Positions 30,468 through 41,244 of a stretch of 64,000 bases of DNA are shown in pieces; position 1 is the stretch's first letter; each line of letters starts with the position of its first letter. Made by a program: the position numbers and the translations under genes. Location: positions 14,186 through 78,185 of the forward strand of contig JBLIRN010000011.1 of NCBI GenBank assembly GCA_049472315.1. The letters run 5' to 3'. The notes beneath the pieces were generated by a model, which saw only the letters and a list, made by a program, of their open reading frames with translations, did not search any database and was not told the DNA's origin. Origin of the DNA: a bacterium. GTDB lineage: Bacteria; SZUA-182; DTGQ01; JAFGSM01.

Positions 30468-31991
30468 ATGGCGTACGATGTCACGGTCATCGGGGCGGGA
30501 ATAGGCGGGTTGATGTGTGCAGCGATGCTTGCAAAGGGGGGAAAGAGGGTGGTGCTCCTTGAAAAGGACCGTCACATCGGGGGCACGAGCTACATCTTCC
30601 GTCGCGGCGGGTATGTCTTCCCTATGGGACCGCTCTCCTTCAGCTACCCCTCCCTGGTACAAAAATTATTGGACCAGGCCGGCATTGAAACGGAGATTAC
30701 CTTTACAAGAAACCACTTTCAACTCATCACCCCCTTTGTGGATATCATATACTCGCGCCCTTTCGAGGAGTTCAAGGGAATGCTGCACACGGTATTCCCG
30801 CAGGAGCAGGGCATCGATCCCCTGTTTGCAGAGATGGAAGGGATTATTGCCCTGGTCAGGGACGTGTATCGATGGCACCCCGACTATCTCTCCCGGTGTG
30901 AGCGGGAGCGGATGCCTGCAAATACGAAGGGGGATTTTCTCTCGATGGTTGAGCGGGTCAGGGCGTATTCAGGCACCTCCTGCAGCACAATGCTCGACCG
31001 TTACCTGTCCGACCCATTCCTCAAACGCCTGCTGGGTTCCCAGGGGACATACGAGCCGGTCGTGTCGGTGCTGAAGCTTGCCTCCATGTGGAATCTCATG
31101 TCATGGGAGGGTATATGGTTTCCCTCCTGCGGCATCCACGGCATATGCGACCTGCTCCGTGATGCATTCGATCGTCATGGCGGGGAGATGCATACGGGGG
31201 CGCCGGTGGAGGAGATTCTGATCAGGGATGGAAGGGCGGTCGGGGTGAGGACCGCGGGAGGAAGGGTGTTCGAATCCCGATGGGTGGTATCGAATGTGGA
31301 TTACAAGAGGACGTTCCTTGATCTCCTTGATGAGCGAGATGCTCAGGCGGCATTTCTGGAACGGATCAAGGGGGTACCCTATACCGGATCCGAGCTGTGC
31401 GTGTATCTGGGGATAGATCCGAAGGAGATTGACCTGTGTCGCCTGAGGGCGACCCACGTGTTTTACCGCCACCGCCTCGATCCGGAGGCGGAAAGCGGCC
31501 CGGAGGATTTTAGCAATCGTGAGATCGAGATCTGCCTGTGGTCGGACAACGCCCCTGACCTGGTGCCTTCCGGAAAGGCCTCCATGGTGCTCCGTGTGGA
31601 TTTGCCCTACGAACATGTTGCCGGTTTTCGCACCGGCGAGAAGAGGAGGGGAGGGGGATACCGCGAGTACAAGGAGCGACTTGCGCAATCCCTGATAAGG
31701 ACGGTCGAGGGGATCATTCCGGGCCTCGGCACAGCAATTGAAACAATAGAGATTGCCACCCCCTTGACCTATGAGGACTGGGGGCATCGCTACAGGGGCT
31801 CCATTGCCGGATGGAGTTGGAGCATGGAGCACGAAGGGATGCTCGGGGGAAAGATACTGGTGCACACGCCGGTGGGGCATCTTCTGATGGTCGGTATTTA
31901 TGCGGTTTCCGAACTGTTCCTGGGCGGGGTTCCTTCGGCGATGCACACGGCGTGTCTGGCTTCCGATATCATCCTGGGGAATGCCGCATGA
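30468..31991 (+). CDS. Phytoene desaturase-like FAD-dependent oxidoreductase
   Basis: VIGAGIGGL, LEK....GG, ATP.T...W; C-terminal GGV. Confidence 0.85.
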   Translation: MAYDVTVIGAGIGGLMCAAMLAKGGKRVVLLEKDRHIGGTSYIFRRGGYVFPMGPLSFSYPSLVQKLLDQAGIETEITFTRNHFQLITPFVDIIYSRPFEEFKGMLHTVFPQEQGIDPLFAEMEGIIALVRDVYRWHPDYLSRCERERMPANTKGDFLSMVERVRAYSGTSCSTMLDRYLSDPFLKRLLGSQGTYEPVVSVLKLASMWNLMSWEGIWFPSCGIHGICDLLRDAFDRHGGEMHTGAPVEEILIRDGRAVGVRTAGGRVFESRWVVSNVDYKRTFLDLLDERDAQAAFLERIKGVPYTGSELCVYLGIDPKEIDLCRLRATHVFYRHRLDPEAESGPEDFSNREIEICLWSDNAPDLVPSGKASMVLRVDLPYEHVAGFRTGEKRRGGGYREYKERLAQSLIRTVEGIIPGLGTAIETIEIATPLTYEDWGHRYRGSIAGWSWSMEHEGMLGGKILVHTPVGHLLMVGIYAVSELFLGGVPSAMHTACLASDIILGNAA

Positions 31992-32225
31992 TACACGGCC
32001 ATTTCGGATGCGAAGGTCTTTTTGACGGGACAAGCCTGCCGGATCCATCGAAAAAGTCCTCATGTCGCTTTGTGGCGGTAGTGGGAATGAACATATGGGG
32101 AGGGCTTCAAAAATGTCCCCACTGTGTAAATATGAGGGTCTATTTTCAAGCAAATAGTATTGCGGGGTCAAGGAGCGACGTCAGGACCGACAGGCTCTGG
32201 GTAGCCGATCATGGATGGAGGATGC

Positions 32226-32738
32226 ATGGACAACGAATACCTCGATATCGTAACCGAAGAGAACGTGATCGTCAGAAGGGCACTCAGGAGTGAATGTCAC
32301 GGCAATCCTGGTCTTATTCATCGGGCGGCCCATATACTGGTGTTCAATTCCCGGGGACAACTCCTGCTCCAGAAGAGGTCGATGAGCAAGGATATTCAGC
32401 CGGGTAAATGGGATACATCGGTGGGAGGGCACGTGGCCTCCGGGGAATCGTATGAGGAGGCTGCATTCAGAGAGCTCGAGGAGGAACTGGGAATCACGGG
32501 CGTTTCCCTTGAATACCTCTATGATTACACGATGCGCAATGAGGTGGAATCAGAGAACATCCGAAGTTATCAGTGCACCTTCGACGGAACGATTGAGTTC
32601 AACCGGGAAGAGATCGATGCGGTCCGTTTCTGGGACCGTGAAGAAATCGCCGCAGCCATGAGAACCGGCGTGTTCACGCCCAATTTCGAGCAGGAGGTCG
32701 GGCTCTATGAGCGCCGTTCGCCTTGTCCACGATGGTAG
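32226..32738 (+). CDS. NUDIX hydrolase (IDI/YfcD-like)
   Basis: HRA.H..VFN, QKRS..KD..PG.WD, GGHV..GE....AA.REL.EELG. Confidence 0.9.
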   Translation: MDNEYLDIVTEENVIVRRALRSECHGNPGLIHRAAHILVFNSRGQLLLQKRSMSKDIQPGKWDTSVGGHVASGESYEEAAFRELEEELGITGVSLEYLYDYTMRNEVESENIRSYQCTFDGTIEFNREEIDAVRFWDREEIAAAMRTGVFTPNFEQEVGLYERRSPCPRW

Positions 32739-32908
32739 TAGGTCTATACTTCCCCTTGTTGCCGTATCCCGATGATCCGACACTGTGTGCCTTTGCACCA
32801 GACATTTATGCCCAGGAAAGGGATTTTTTCGCCCCAGGAATAATTTCCGCCCCACGCATAAGACTGTATCGTATCGGCAGGGCCATTACCTTGTCTGCAG
32901 GGACGCAC

Positions 32909-32944
32909 AAAAAAAGAGCCTCCGGTAAAAACCGGAGGCTTTTA
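32909..32944. terminator. Intrinsic terminator, strongest on the minus strand
   Basis: A7-G-AGCCTCCGGT-AAA-ACCGGAGGCT-TTT. Confidence 0.75.
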
Positions 32945-33211
32945 AATTTGGAAACGGGGTTTCCATGCAACCACTCAATGAGCAGTTGCATTTGTGTGAG
33001 CCGCAAAACCCACTCCAACCGTTTCCGTCCGGGCCGATCCCTTTTGTTCCCCCCCAAATAAGGCCGACCCTCTTTTGGCCTTTGTGGAAATTTGCAATCG
33101 GTTATCCTGCAGGCAATACAATGGCCGCAGAGAGTGTTCCGTGAGATTTTTCTGTCAATGAGGCGTGAGAAAGATCTTTATCACGCCAATGGTTGTTTTC
33201 TTTGTTACGAT
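32909..33211 (-). ncRNA. Candidate sigma-54-dependent structured sRNA (~300 nt)
   Basis: Bounded by a consensus sigma-54 promoter and a terminator; several hairpins and GGA motifs; no convincing ORF. Confidence 0.5.
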
Positions 33212-33221
33212 TATATTCATA

Positions 33222-33237
33222 AGCAATTCATGTGCCA
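33222..33237 (-). promoter_or_regulatory. sigma-54 promoter
   Basis: Minus strand TGGCAC-ATGAA-TTGCT, divergent from an enhancer-binding protein gene. Confidence 0.75.
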
Positions 33238-33561
33238 TTGCTGAAGACTGCGCCAAGACCCTGTGTATAAAGGGAATAACGGGCCAATTGCATTTTCAGG
33301 GGATCTGAAAAATCATTAAATGACAACAGATGTGTTGTTTTAAGATGAAATTAATGAAATTTCGTCAATCCGGCCCTTGTTCTTATCATAGGCATTATCT
33401 GCACAAAAAGACATGGAATGTATTAGAAATAGGGATAATAAAAAATAGGAATAATATTGATAATTCAAAAAAATGATGATATACTATTAAAGTTATATTT
33501 GCATCTTGCTGTATCATCAAAGGTTTTTCAGTGTTCTCTTCAACAATGGGTAGTGTGCGCC

Positions 33562-35073
33562 ATGATCAGAAAGCCATTCGAAACCGCTGACATCCTCAAG
33601 GCCTTTCTTTCAAGTCTCCTGAAGCTGCAGAATGTCGAACGGGGATCCATATGGGTCAAAAAGGGTGCCAGGTACCTGTGCATCGAGGCGCTGGGCGAGG
33701 AAAGCGAAAAGGTGAAGGGTATCAGCATAAGTAGCGACCACCCCAGCATTGTCGGGTGGGTGATAGAAAACGGACGAAGGACGATTGCAAAGGCCGGCGA
33801 AGACGAGCGGCATTTTCAACAGATCGAACAGGACTTTGCATTGAAGAGTAATCTCATACTCTGCTTTCCGCTTATTCTCGAATCCGGCGAGGTGTTCGGT
33901 GCCCTTGAGCTCATCGATGTCAAGAGCAGCGGAAACATCATGAACCTGGACAAGGACTATCTGGAATTGATTGAGGATATCATAAAGGTGGGCTCAATCG
34001 CCATCAGCAAATACTTTGACTATCACAAGCAACTCGAGGAAAACAGGGAGCTCAAGAAGATCATTTGTGAGTACAAGGACCATCAGGTGATTATCGGTCA
34101 GAGCAGATGCTTTCTCAATGAGTACGAGAAACTAAAGAGCTATGCCAGGGTTGATTATCCTGTGCTGATCACCGGGGAGAGCGGCACAGGTAAGGAATTA
34201 TTCGCCCAGGAGCTCCACCATTTGAGCGATCGCCGCGAGAAACCCTATCTTGTGCAAAACTGCTGCGCCATCCCTGAAACCCTCCTTGAGAGCGAATTGT
34301 TCGGGCATAAAAGGGGGGCATTTACCGGAGCGGTCAGGGACAAGAACGGCCTTTTTGAGACCGCAAACGAGGGAACCGTGTTCCTGGATGAGATCGGCGA
34401 CATGTCCTATGATCTCCAGGCGCGCCTTTTGCGGTTCATTCAGGACGGGGAGATCAAGCCCCTGGGCAGCACCGTTTCCAAAAGGGTTGATGTGCGGATC
34501 GTGGCGGCAACCAATGCCAATCTGAAAGAGGCGATTGCTGAGAAGCGATTCAGGGAAGACCTGTTTTATCGGCTTAACGTCCTCCCCCTTCACCTTCCTC
34601 CTTTAAGAAATAGAAGTGAGGATGTTCCCCTGCTTCTGGAAAGCTTCATCCACAGGGAGTCAAAACGCTTGGGTATCAAGCCGAAGAGGCTTTCAAATGA
34701 GGTCTTGGACCTTCTCGTGCACTATCCCTGGAGGGGGAATATCAGGGAACTCGAAAATTTTGTCAGGCATATCATAGTGGTAAACGACGATCCGATCATT
34801 TCCCTCGACAATCTGCCCAAGCACTTTACGGTTGCCCCCCCACCGGAATCCCTTGATGCAGAGCCCGGGCAACGAATGCCCGGGTCCGGTCGCGCCCCGG
34901 ACAGGCCCCGTGCCCTTGACGATCGCTCCTGGAAGGATCTCGAGAGAGAGTACGTCCTCCAATTGCTTGAACAATACCGCTGGAATATCTCCAGATGTGC
35001 AAGGGCTGCGGGATTAAACCGCTCCACCTTTGATTCGAGGTTGAGAAAGCTCGGGATACGCAAGCACGGATGA
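33562..35073 (+). CDS. sigma-54 enhancer-binding protein (GAF-AAA+-Fis HTH)
   Basis: [45 protein letters not shown]; start uncertain (ORF open from 33457). Confidence 0.93.
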   Translation: MIRKPFETADILKAFLSSLLKLQNVERGSIWVKKGARYLCIEALGEESEKVKGISISSDHPSIVGWVIENGRRTIAKAGEDERHFQQIEQDFALKSNLILCFPLILESGEVFGALELIDVKSSGNIMNLDKDYLELIEDIIKVGSIAISKYFDYHKQLEENRELKKIICEYKDHQVIIGQSRCFLNEYEKLKSYARVDYPVLITGESGTGKELFAQELHHLSDRREKPYLVQNCCAIPETLLESELFGHKRGAFTGAVRDKNGLFETANEGTVFLDEIGDMSYDLQARLLRFIQDGEIKPLGSTVSKRVDVRIVAATNANLKEAIAEKRFREDLFYRLNVLPLHLPPLRNRSEDVPLLLESFIHRESKRLGIKPKRLSNEVLDLLVHYPWRGNIRELENFVRHIIVVNDDPIISLDNLPKHFTVAPPPESLDAEPGQRMPGSGRAPDRPRALDDRSWKDLEREYVLQLLEQYRWNISRCARAAGLNRSTFDSRLRKLGIRKHG

Positions 35074-35354
35074 GCATTGTGTTTTGCCCTCTGCAGGGTG
35101 TTGAATGGCACGGGATACTTCAGCGATGATCCTTCGGTTGTATTTTGCTTCCTTTGATGATATACAATAGATGCTCTGGTTCAGGATCGGATGCCCCATC
35201 CCTGCGGAAGAATAGCGGTGTTTCACTATGGCGCTCTCGGGGCCAGGGGATGCGGCGAGATAAGAGATACACCATGATCCTGGTATCGTATCATTCCCAT
35301 TGTAAACGCGGTTCCTCGAACTACCCTTAATTTTACGAAACCTGCTAAAGCACC

Positions 35355-36872
35355 ATGAGGAAGATTATCCCAGTCCTATTCCTGTATCTCCTTTTCTGCC
35401 TCTGTATTCCGGAGCACCCTCTTGCCGCCTCACTCAAGGTCCCTGTGGGTGACTGGAAATATGAGGCCATAGAGCGGATCACCGTTGCATGGGGGATCGC
35501 CTACCCCATAAACAGCAGACCGATGAACAGGCTGGATATGGCGAGGCTCGTGAGGCAGGCAAGGGCGCTGCAGGATGCGGACAAGGAAAAACGGAGTGAC
35601 CATTTGGAGCGACTCCTTTCCATGATGGAAGAGGATCTCGGGCTGGTGACCGCACACGGGGATCGCCCCGGACATGAATCGGGGATACGGACGGTTACCT
35701 GCATCACCCTGCAGGGGGCATACGGTCACGGGCCTAGTATAGAGGAGAACAACGCCGGTGACACCCTTGGTGATGGATGGCACGGGAGGGTGATACCGGA
35801 GTGGGGGTTCGAAACAGGGGCGTTTGCCGGGACCCTGGCGGCGCGTCTTTCTCTGGACAGCGATGATGACGAATCGGTTGATTTTCATAGATTATACCTG
35901 GCAATTGAAGGGGAACATATAGGGATTGCTGTGGGGAGGGATTCCCTGTGGTGGGGGCCGGGAAGGCACGGGGCATGGGTGCTCACCAACAATGCCCCGG
36001 CCCTTGATCTTGTCAGGCTTTACAATCCCTATCCCTATTCGCTCGGTTTCCTGGGGGCGTTCAGGTTCGTCCTGCTGTATGGAAGGACCTCGGCAATGCC
36101 GGTCGAATACACGGAGGCAGGCACCGAAGTGATGGTGTTCACAAAGCCGCACTTCGGAGGCATGCGCATCGATTTTTCCCCCTCTCCCCTGTTCGAGTTC
36201 GGGGCATCAATGGCCGCCCATTTTATCGGAAGGGACGGACTGGACCTCGATGACGTGAAGGAGGTATTTTTCCCCAGGCACAAGGCGGTCAACCGGGAGG
36301 AAACCGAGGGCCCGGTCACCGACCGGGTCGCCTCCTTCGATGCGTCCTTAAATCTTTCCCTGCCCTTTCGCCGGCTGCACGGAATGCGGGCATACGTGGA
36401 ATACGGGGGCACGGATTTAAGCTTTGTGGAACGGCTCTATCCGAGGCTCACCGATGTGGCGACCCTCTACGGCCTGTACCTCGACACCGGCTCAACCGAC
36501 CTGAGGGTGGAGTATGCCCAGAACCTGGACCATGACGACACCCGCTGGTACACCCACGGCCAATTCCTTGACGGCTATACCCACGATGGTTCCATCATAG
36601 GGCATGCCATAGGAGGGGCGGCACGGGATGTGTGGGTGAGGATGACGCACCCCTTTGCTGCGTGCTGGCGTGTTTCGGTTGACTATGAACACCTCCTGAG
36701 GAAGGAGCGATATGGGAGCGTCCCCGGCAGAAGGAACGGCATTCGATTCGGTCTCCGTCATGTCGGGGTTCATGCCCAGGCGGGCATCGAGTATGAATAT
36801 GAACGGGGGGAATGGCAAGGAATGGGTGAGGAAGGCCATCTGCTGCTTCTGAGCTGGACAAGGCGCTTATAG
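35355..36872 (+). CDS. wzi: Capsule assembly Wzi-family outer membrane protein
   Basis: Signal peptide, GRDSLWWGPG..G...L.NNAP, Y.H..F..GYT..G..IGH. Confidence 0.8.
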   Translation: MRKIIPVLFLYLLFCLCIPEHPLAASLKVPVGDWKYEAIERITVAWGIAYPINSRPMNRLDMARLVRQARALQDADKEKRSDHLERLLSMMEEDLGLVTAHGDRPGHESGIRTVTCITLQGAYGHGPSIEENNAGDTLGDGWHGRVIPEWGFETGAFAGTLAARLSLDSDDDESVDFHRLYLAIEGEHIGIAVGRDSLWWGPGRHGAWVLTNNAPALDLVRLYNPYPYSLGFLGAFRFVLLYGRTSAMPVEYTEAGTEVMVFTKPHFGGMRIDFSPSPLFEFGASMAAHFIGRDGLDLDDVKEVFFPRHKAVNREETEGPVTDRVASFDASLNLSLPFRRLHGMRAYVEYGGTDLSFVERLYPRLTDVATLYGLYLDTGSTDLRVEYAQNLDHDDTRWYTHGQFLDGYTHDGSIIGHAIGGAARDVWVRMTHPFAACWRVSVDYEHLLRKERYGSVPGRRNGIRFGLRHVGVHAQAGIEYEYERGEWQGMGEEGHLLLLSWTRRL

Positions 36873-37062
36873 CAAAGGGGAGATTCCGGGAATCCTGATT
36901 CTGGGATGGTACCGTCGTGGGCAGACATGGAAACATGTCTGCTCATGTTAATCCAGTGTCAAAATGGGAATTGTTGGGGAATGCCATACTCTTTGAAAAA
37001 TGACTCCAGGTGTGTTACATTTTCTCTTCGTTTCTAACCCTAAGACAAGGTGATTATACATT

Positions 37063-40000
37063 ATGAAAAGATTCGTGACGGTTCTTTTCATGCTTCATGT
37101 CCTCATCGTTCCTTCCGCTCGCGCACAGAACATTACCCCGGCTCAAATCGATCAGCTAAAACGATTGTCCCCTGCACAACAGAAGGCGCTTGCCGAACAA
37201 TATGGCGTGAAGATCCCTGAACAAGGTGAGGAGCGGGAGAAAGAGGATACACTGGCTGCCCCGGTGGTCATCCCTCGTGACTCCGATGAGCTTTCGGCGA
37301 TCGAGGAGAAGTTCCATACGCGAGGGGAGGAAGATCTTACCGGACCGGCCGTTCGATCCAGGAGGAGGATTGAACGGCACAGGGAGGACAAGCGTGCCCG
37401 GGGGGGGAAACGAGAGGGCGATCAAAGGGAGCGAGACCTCTCTGATACATCGGCCACACAGGTCCATTCCCCTTCTGAACAGTGGTCTCCTGTCAAGTCC
37501 GAACGGGACCTCATCCGACTCACCTTTGAGGACCTTGTGGAGGAAGGGGTTTCTTCGGGCGTTTCGACCGGGATCGACCAGTTTGGATATACCCTCTTTG
37601 CTGGCACCCCTACCACCTTTGCCCCTGCCACCGATATACCGGTGCCGCGCGACTACATCATCGGACCGGAGGATGAGGTCCTGGTCCATTTGTATGGTGC
37701 ACGCCAGGAGCAGCTTATCCTCACCGTGACCAGAAAGGGAACCATCAACTTCCCGGATGAGGGGCCTATTCATGTGGCCGGGCTTACCTTTTCCCGGATG
37801 ACCTCCCTTATCGAAGAGATCGTCAAGAACAAGATGATCGGGGTCAATGTGTATATCACCATGGGACAATTGCGATCGATCCGGGTTTTTGTCCTGGGGG
37901 ATGTCGAGCGGCCCGGTTCCTACACGGTCAGCGGCCTTTCCACCCTCTCCCATGCCCTTTTCGTGTCCGGCGGGGTCAAAAAGATTGGAACCCTGCGCTC
38001 CATCGAACTTCGTCGCGATGGAAAAAGGATTTCCGTGCTCGATCTCTATGATTTTCTGCTCAAGGGTGACACCTCAGGCGACGTGCGGCTTTTGCCCGGG
38101 GATGTGGTGTTCGTGCCGCCGATCGGGAGTACGGCGGGGATCGCCGGGGAGGTAAAGCGTCCGGCCATCTATGAGCTCAAGGGGAAGACCACGGTCGGGG
38201 GGTTGATAGACATGGCCGGCGGGCTGCTTGCCACCGGATTCAGAAATATGGCCCAGATCGAGCGGATCAACGAGGACGGGGAGAGGGTTGTATTCGACAT
38301 AGATTTGAGCGATGATGGAAAGGCAACCACGATGCGTGACGGGGACCTGCTCAAGATCTTCCCTGTGCTCGATATCGAAGAGCGCGTTGTCTATCTCACC
38401 GGCAATGTAAAACGTCCCGGCAAGAGGGGATATGTCCCCGGGATGAGGATATCCGACCTGGTGGAGGGAAACGATGATCTCATGCCCGAGACCTATTACT
38501 CCTATGCGCTCATCGAGCGGGAGGCGGAGGGAAACAGGGAGCCCGAGCTGATTCGATTCGACCTTGGAAGGGTGCTCGAAGGTGACCGGGAGGCGGATTG
38601 TGCCCTGCAGCCACGGGATAGGGTGTTCATCTTCCATCGCTCCCATTTCAGGGAGATACCCATGGCCTCGATCGGCGGGGTCCGGGATTCCCCCGGTTCA
38701 CTCTGCGGTGCGGAGCCGAAACGGGGCATCCCCGCAAATGCAGGAAAGAGACTAACCCTTTCCCAGGACCCGTACGGTTGCGTCAACGGCACAAGGGCGG
38801 TGGTGCATGCACCCGGGTTCTACGAGTTGAAGAAAGGGATGCGGGTGATCGATCTCATCCTCGCGGGGGGAGGTCTGCTGCGCGATGCGTACCTGGATGA
38901 GGCGGAGCTTTATCGGACCGATCCCCTTACCAAACAGGTGACGGTGGTGAAGATCGATCTGCGGGGGGTGCTGAGGCGGGAGGGGATCGATAACCTGCTG
39001 CTTCAGGACCTCGATCATCTTGCGATTCATTCGATCTGGGAATTCAAGACCCCTCATGAGGTAACCGTATCAGGGGAGGTGAACGTCCCGGGCACCTATC
39101 CCATGATTGAGGGGGCAACGATTTCGGACCTTATCTTCAGCAGCGGCAGCTTTACCGAGAAGGCGTACCGGAAGCGGGCCGAACTCACCAGATACTTCGT
39201 GGTGAAGGGGGAAAAGCGGGTGTCCGAGCATATCCTGGTGAACCTCGAGGGGATCGCTGCAGGGGATCGATTCGCCGATATAGTGCTTCAGCCCTATGAC
39301 CACCTGCACATTCAGAGGGTGACCAACTGGCGTGAGGCGGAACGGGTCACCATTACCGGGGAGGTGCGTTTCCCCGGTGTCTACCCCATCGAGGAGGGGG
39401 AGATGCTCGCCGATCTCATCGAACGGGCGGGCGGGTTCACCGAGGATTGCTACCTTTTCGCAGCAAAGTTCACCCGGAGGGTGATTGCGGAATTCCAGGA
39501 GAAGGAATTCGATGATATGGCGGACAAGCTGGAATCCGACATCGCACGGCTGGGGGCTGCGCCGGTGGCTGCAGGGGAGGAAAAGGACACCGAGAAACGG
39601 AAATTCGCGGTGGCCAATCTCATGCAGTTGGTGGAGAGGCTTCGCACCACAAAGCCGGAGGGCCGCCTCATCATCCACCTCATGGAGCCGGATCAGTTGC
39701 GGGAAAGCCGATACAACATCCTGCTCCAGGACGGCGATGCACTCCATATTCCCAAAAAACCGGACTCCGTGCTGGTGCTCGGCGAGGTTTACAATCCCAC
39801 CGCCTTCCTGTATGAAAAAGGGAAAAACAGCCGGGACTTCATCCGATCCGCCGGTGGTCTTACCGAGATGGCAAACCGGGACGCCATTTACGTCATCAAG
39901 GCCAACGGCGAGGTGGTCCCTGATAAGACAGGTTTTTTCAGGAGTGGCGTTTCGGTGGGTCCTGGTGATATAATAGTGGCACCTGAGAAGATACGACGGA

Positions 40001-40095
40001 TATCCGGTTTGGAGTTGACCAAGGATATCTCGCAGATTGTCTACCAGTTGGGGATTTCCGCAGCAGCCTTCAAAACGGTGGGGTTATTCGACTGA
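37063..40095 (+). CDS. Polysaccharide export protein with multiple SLBB domains
   Basis: FGY.LF, DY.IGP.D poly_export motif, repeated G.V..PG.Y and L...D SLBB units. Confidence 0.88.
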   Translation: MKRFVTVLFMLHVLIVPSARAQNITPAQIDQLKRLSPAQQKALAEQYGVKIPEQGEEREKEDTLAAPVVIPRDSDELSAIEEKFHTRGEEDLTGPAVRSRRRIERHREDKRARGGKREGDQRERDLSDTSATQVHSPSEQWSPVKSERDLIRLTFEDLVEEGVSSGVSTGIDQFGYTLFAGTPTTFAPATDIPVPRDYIIGPEDEVLVHLYGARQEQLILTVTRKGTINFPDEGPIHVAGLTFSRMTSLIEEIVKNKMIGVNVYITMGQLRSIRVFVLGDVERPGSYTVSGLSTLSHALFVSGGVKKIGTLRSIELRRDGKRISVLDLYDFLLKGDTSGDVRLLPGDVVFVPPIGSTAGIAGEVKRPAIYELKGKTTVGGLIDMAGGLLATGFRNMAQIERINEDGERVVFDIDLSDDGKATTMRDGDLLKIFPVLDIEERVVYLTGNVKRPGKRGYVPGMRISDLVEGNDDLMPETYYSYALIEREAEGNREPELIRFDLGRVLEGDREADCALQPRDRVFIFHRSHFREIPMASIGGVRDSPGSLCGAEPKRGIPANAGKRLTLSQDPYGCVNGTRAVVHAPGFYELKKGMRVIDLILAGGGLLRDAYLDEAELYRTDPLTKQVTVVKIDLRGVLRREGIDNLLLQDLDHLAIHSIWEFKTPHEVTVSGEVNVPGTYPMIEGATISDLIFSSGSFTEKAYRKRAELTRYFVVKGEKRVSEHILVNLEGIAAGDRFADIVLQPYDHLHIQRVTNWREAERVTITGEVRFPGVYPIEEGEMLADLIERAGGFTEDCYLFAAKFTRRVIAEFQEKEFDDMADKLESDIARLGAAPVAAGEEKDTEKRKFAVANLMQLVERLRTTKPEGRLIIHLMEPDQLRESRYNILLQDGDALHIPKKPDSVLVLGEVYNPTAFLYEKGKNSRDFIRSAGGLTEMANRDAIYVIKANGEVVPDKTGFFRSGVSVGPGDIIVAPEKIRRISGLELTKDISQIVYQLGISAAAFKTVGLFD

Positions 40096-41078
40096 TGAAA
40101 TTCAAAAGCCAGAATGAACTCGACACGGAATCCAAGGTTCAGGAATCCTTTGAAATCCCTCCCGGATGGCCGGCTCCCTATCCCAACCACCAAAACGGAT
40201 TCTACGTCGAGGATGAGGAGATAAACCTCATCGAATATTGGCGGGTGCTGATGAAGCGGAAGTGGATCATTGTCCTGATCGTCATCATGACCGCCATCTC
40301 CAGTGTGATCTTTTCGCTGCTCATGCCGAATATCTATCGAGCGGAGGTTGTGCTCGCCCCCATCGAGAAGAAGAACGGGGGAGGCGGATTTGCCAGCCTG
40401 CTCGGTCAGTTCAACGGGCTCGCCTCAATGGTGGGGCTCCCCCTTGGCAACGGGAGCAACGAGGTGAACCTGGCGGTGCTGAAATCACGCGCCTTCATCA
40501 AACAGGTTGTCGAGGAGAATGAGATGATGCCCCTCCTTTTCCCGGAGAAGTGGGACCAGGAAAAGAATGCCTGGAACGTCACCATCCCCGATGAGAAACC
40601 CACCCTGTGGGACGCCTATCGATTGCTGGACGGCATCCTGAGCGTTTCCACCGACCGGAAGAACGGGTTGACCACCGTGTCCCTGGAGCGGGAGGATCCT
40701 GCGCAGGCGGCCTCCTGGCTTACCCTCTTTATCGAGACCCTCAACAATCATCTCAAGGAACAGGCCATCAAGGAGGCGGAGGCCAACATCGACTACCTCA
40801 GCAAATTGATAGAGGAGACCCCTTTGCTGGAGATGCGGCAGAGCCTCTATGCCGTCATTGCCGAGCAAACAAGACAGATCATGCTCGCCAAGGCGCAGCA
40901 GTATTTCGCATTCAAGATCATCGATCCCCCCGAGGTCCCCGACAAGAAATTCAAGCCGAAGCGATCCATGATCGTCCTTTTATCCACCTTCGTGGCGGCA
41001 TTTATGGCCATCTTCCTCGTCTTTTTCATGGAATACCTGGATAGGCAAAGACAGGGCGACATAAACGAAAAGCTCTGA
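40095..41078 (+). CDS. wzz: Wzz/FepE-type chain length determinant
   Basis: EEINL.EYW..L.K.KW.I, two TM helices, IDPP..P.KK.KPKR. Confidence 0.88.
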   Translation: MKFKSQNELDTESKVQESFEIPPGWPAPYPNHQNGFYVEDEEINLIEYWRVLMKRKWIIVLIVIMTAISSVIFSLLMPNIYRAEVVLAPIEKKNGGGGFASLLGQFNGLASMVGLPLGNGSNEVNLAVLKSRAFIKQVVEENEMMPLLFPEKWDQEKNAWNVTIPDEKPTLWDAYRLLDGILSVSTDRKNGLTTVSLEREDPAQAASWLTLFIETLNNHLKEQAIKEAEANIDYLSKLIEETPLLEMRQSLYAVIAEQTRQIMLAKAQQYFAFKIIDPPEVPDKKFKPKRSMIVLLSTFVAAFMAIFLVFFMEYLDRQRQGDINEKL

Positions 41079-41244
41079 TCCCGAGGAAGGCCTCTCCACC
41101 CCGCGGTGTGTCCTGTTGATTCATAGAGCCTTTAGATCTCTGCTCATATGCCTGTATGCCAATGAAGGAACAGGTCTGTGCAATGCATGGAGGGAGAAAT
41201 GGCGTGTCCTTTTTCAGGGTGCCAGATAATCAGAGGGTGTGCAA

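Noticed and set aside
32806..33057. 83 aa minus-strand ORF in the sRNA region
   Set aside because: TTG start, runs through the terminator hairpin, no protein-like features
38677..38802. Group II intron in the export gene
   Set aside because: Only short GTGCG and CGTACGGTT resemblances; far too short, no full domain V, and the frame is open
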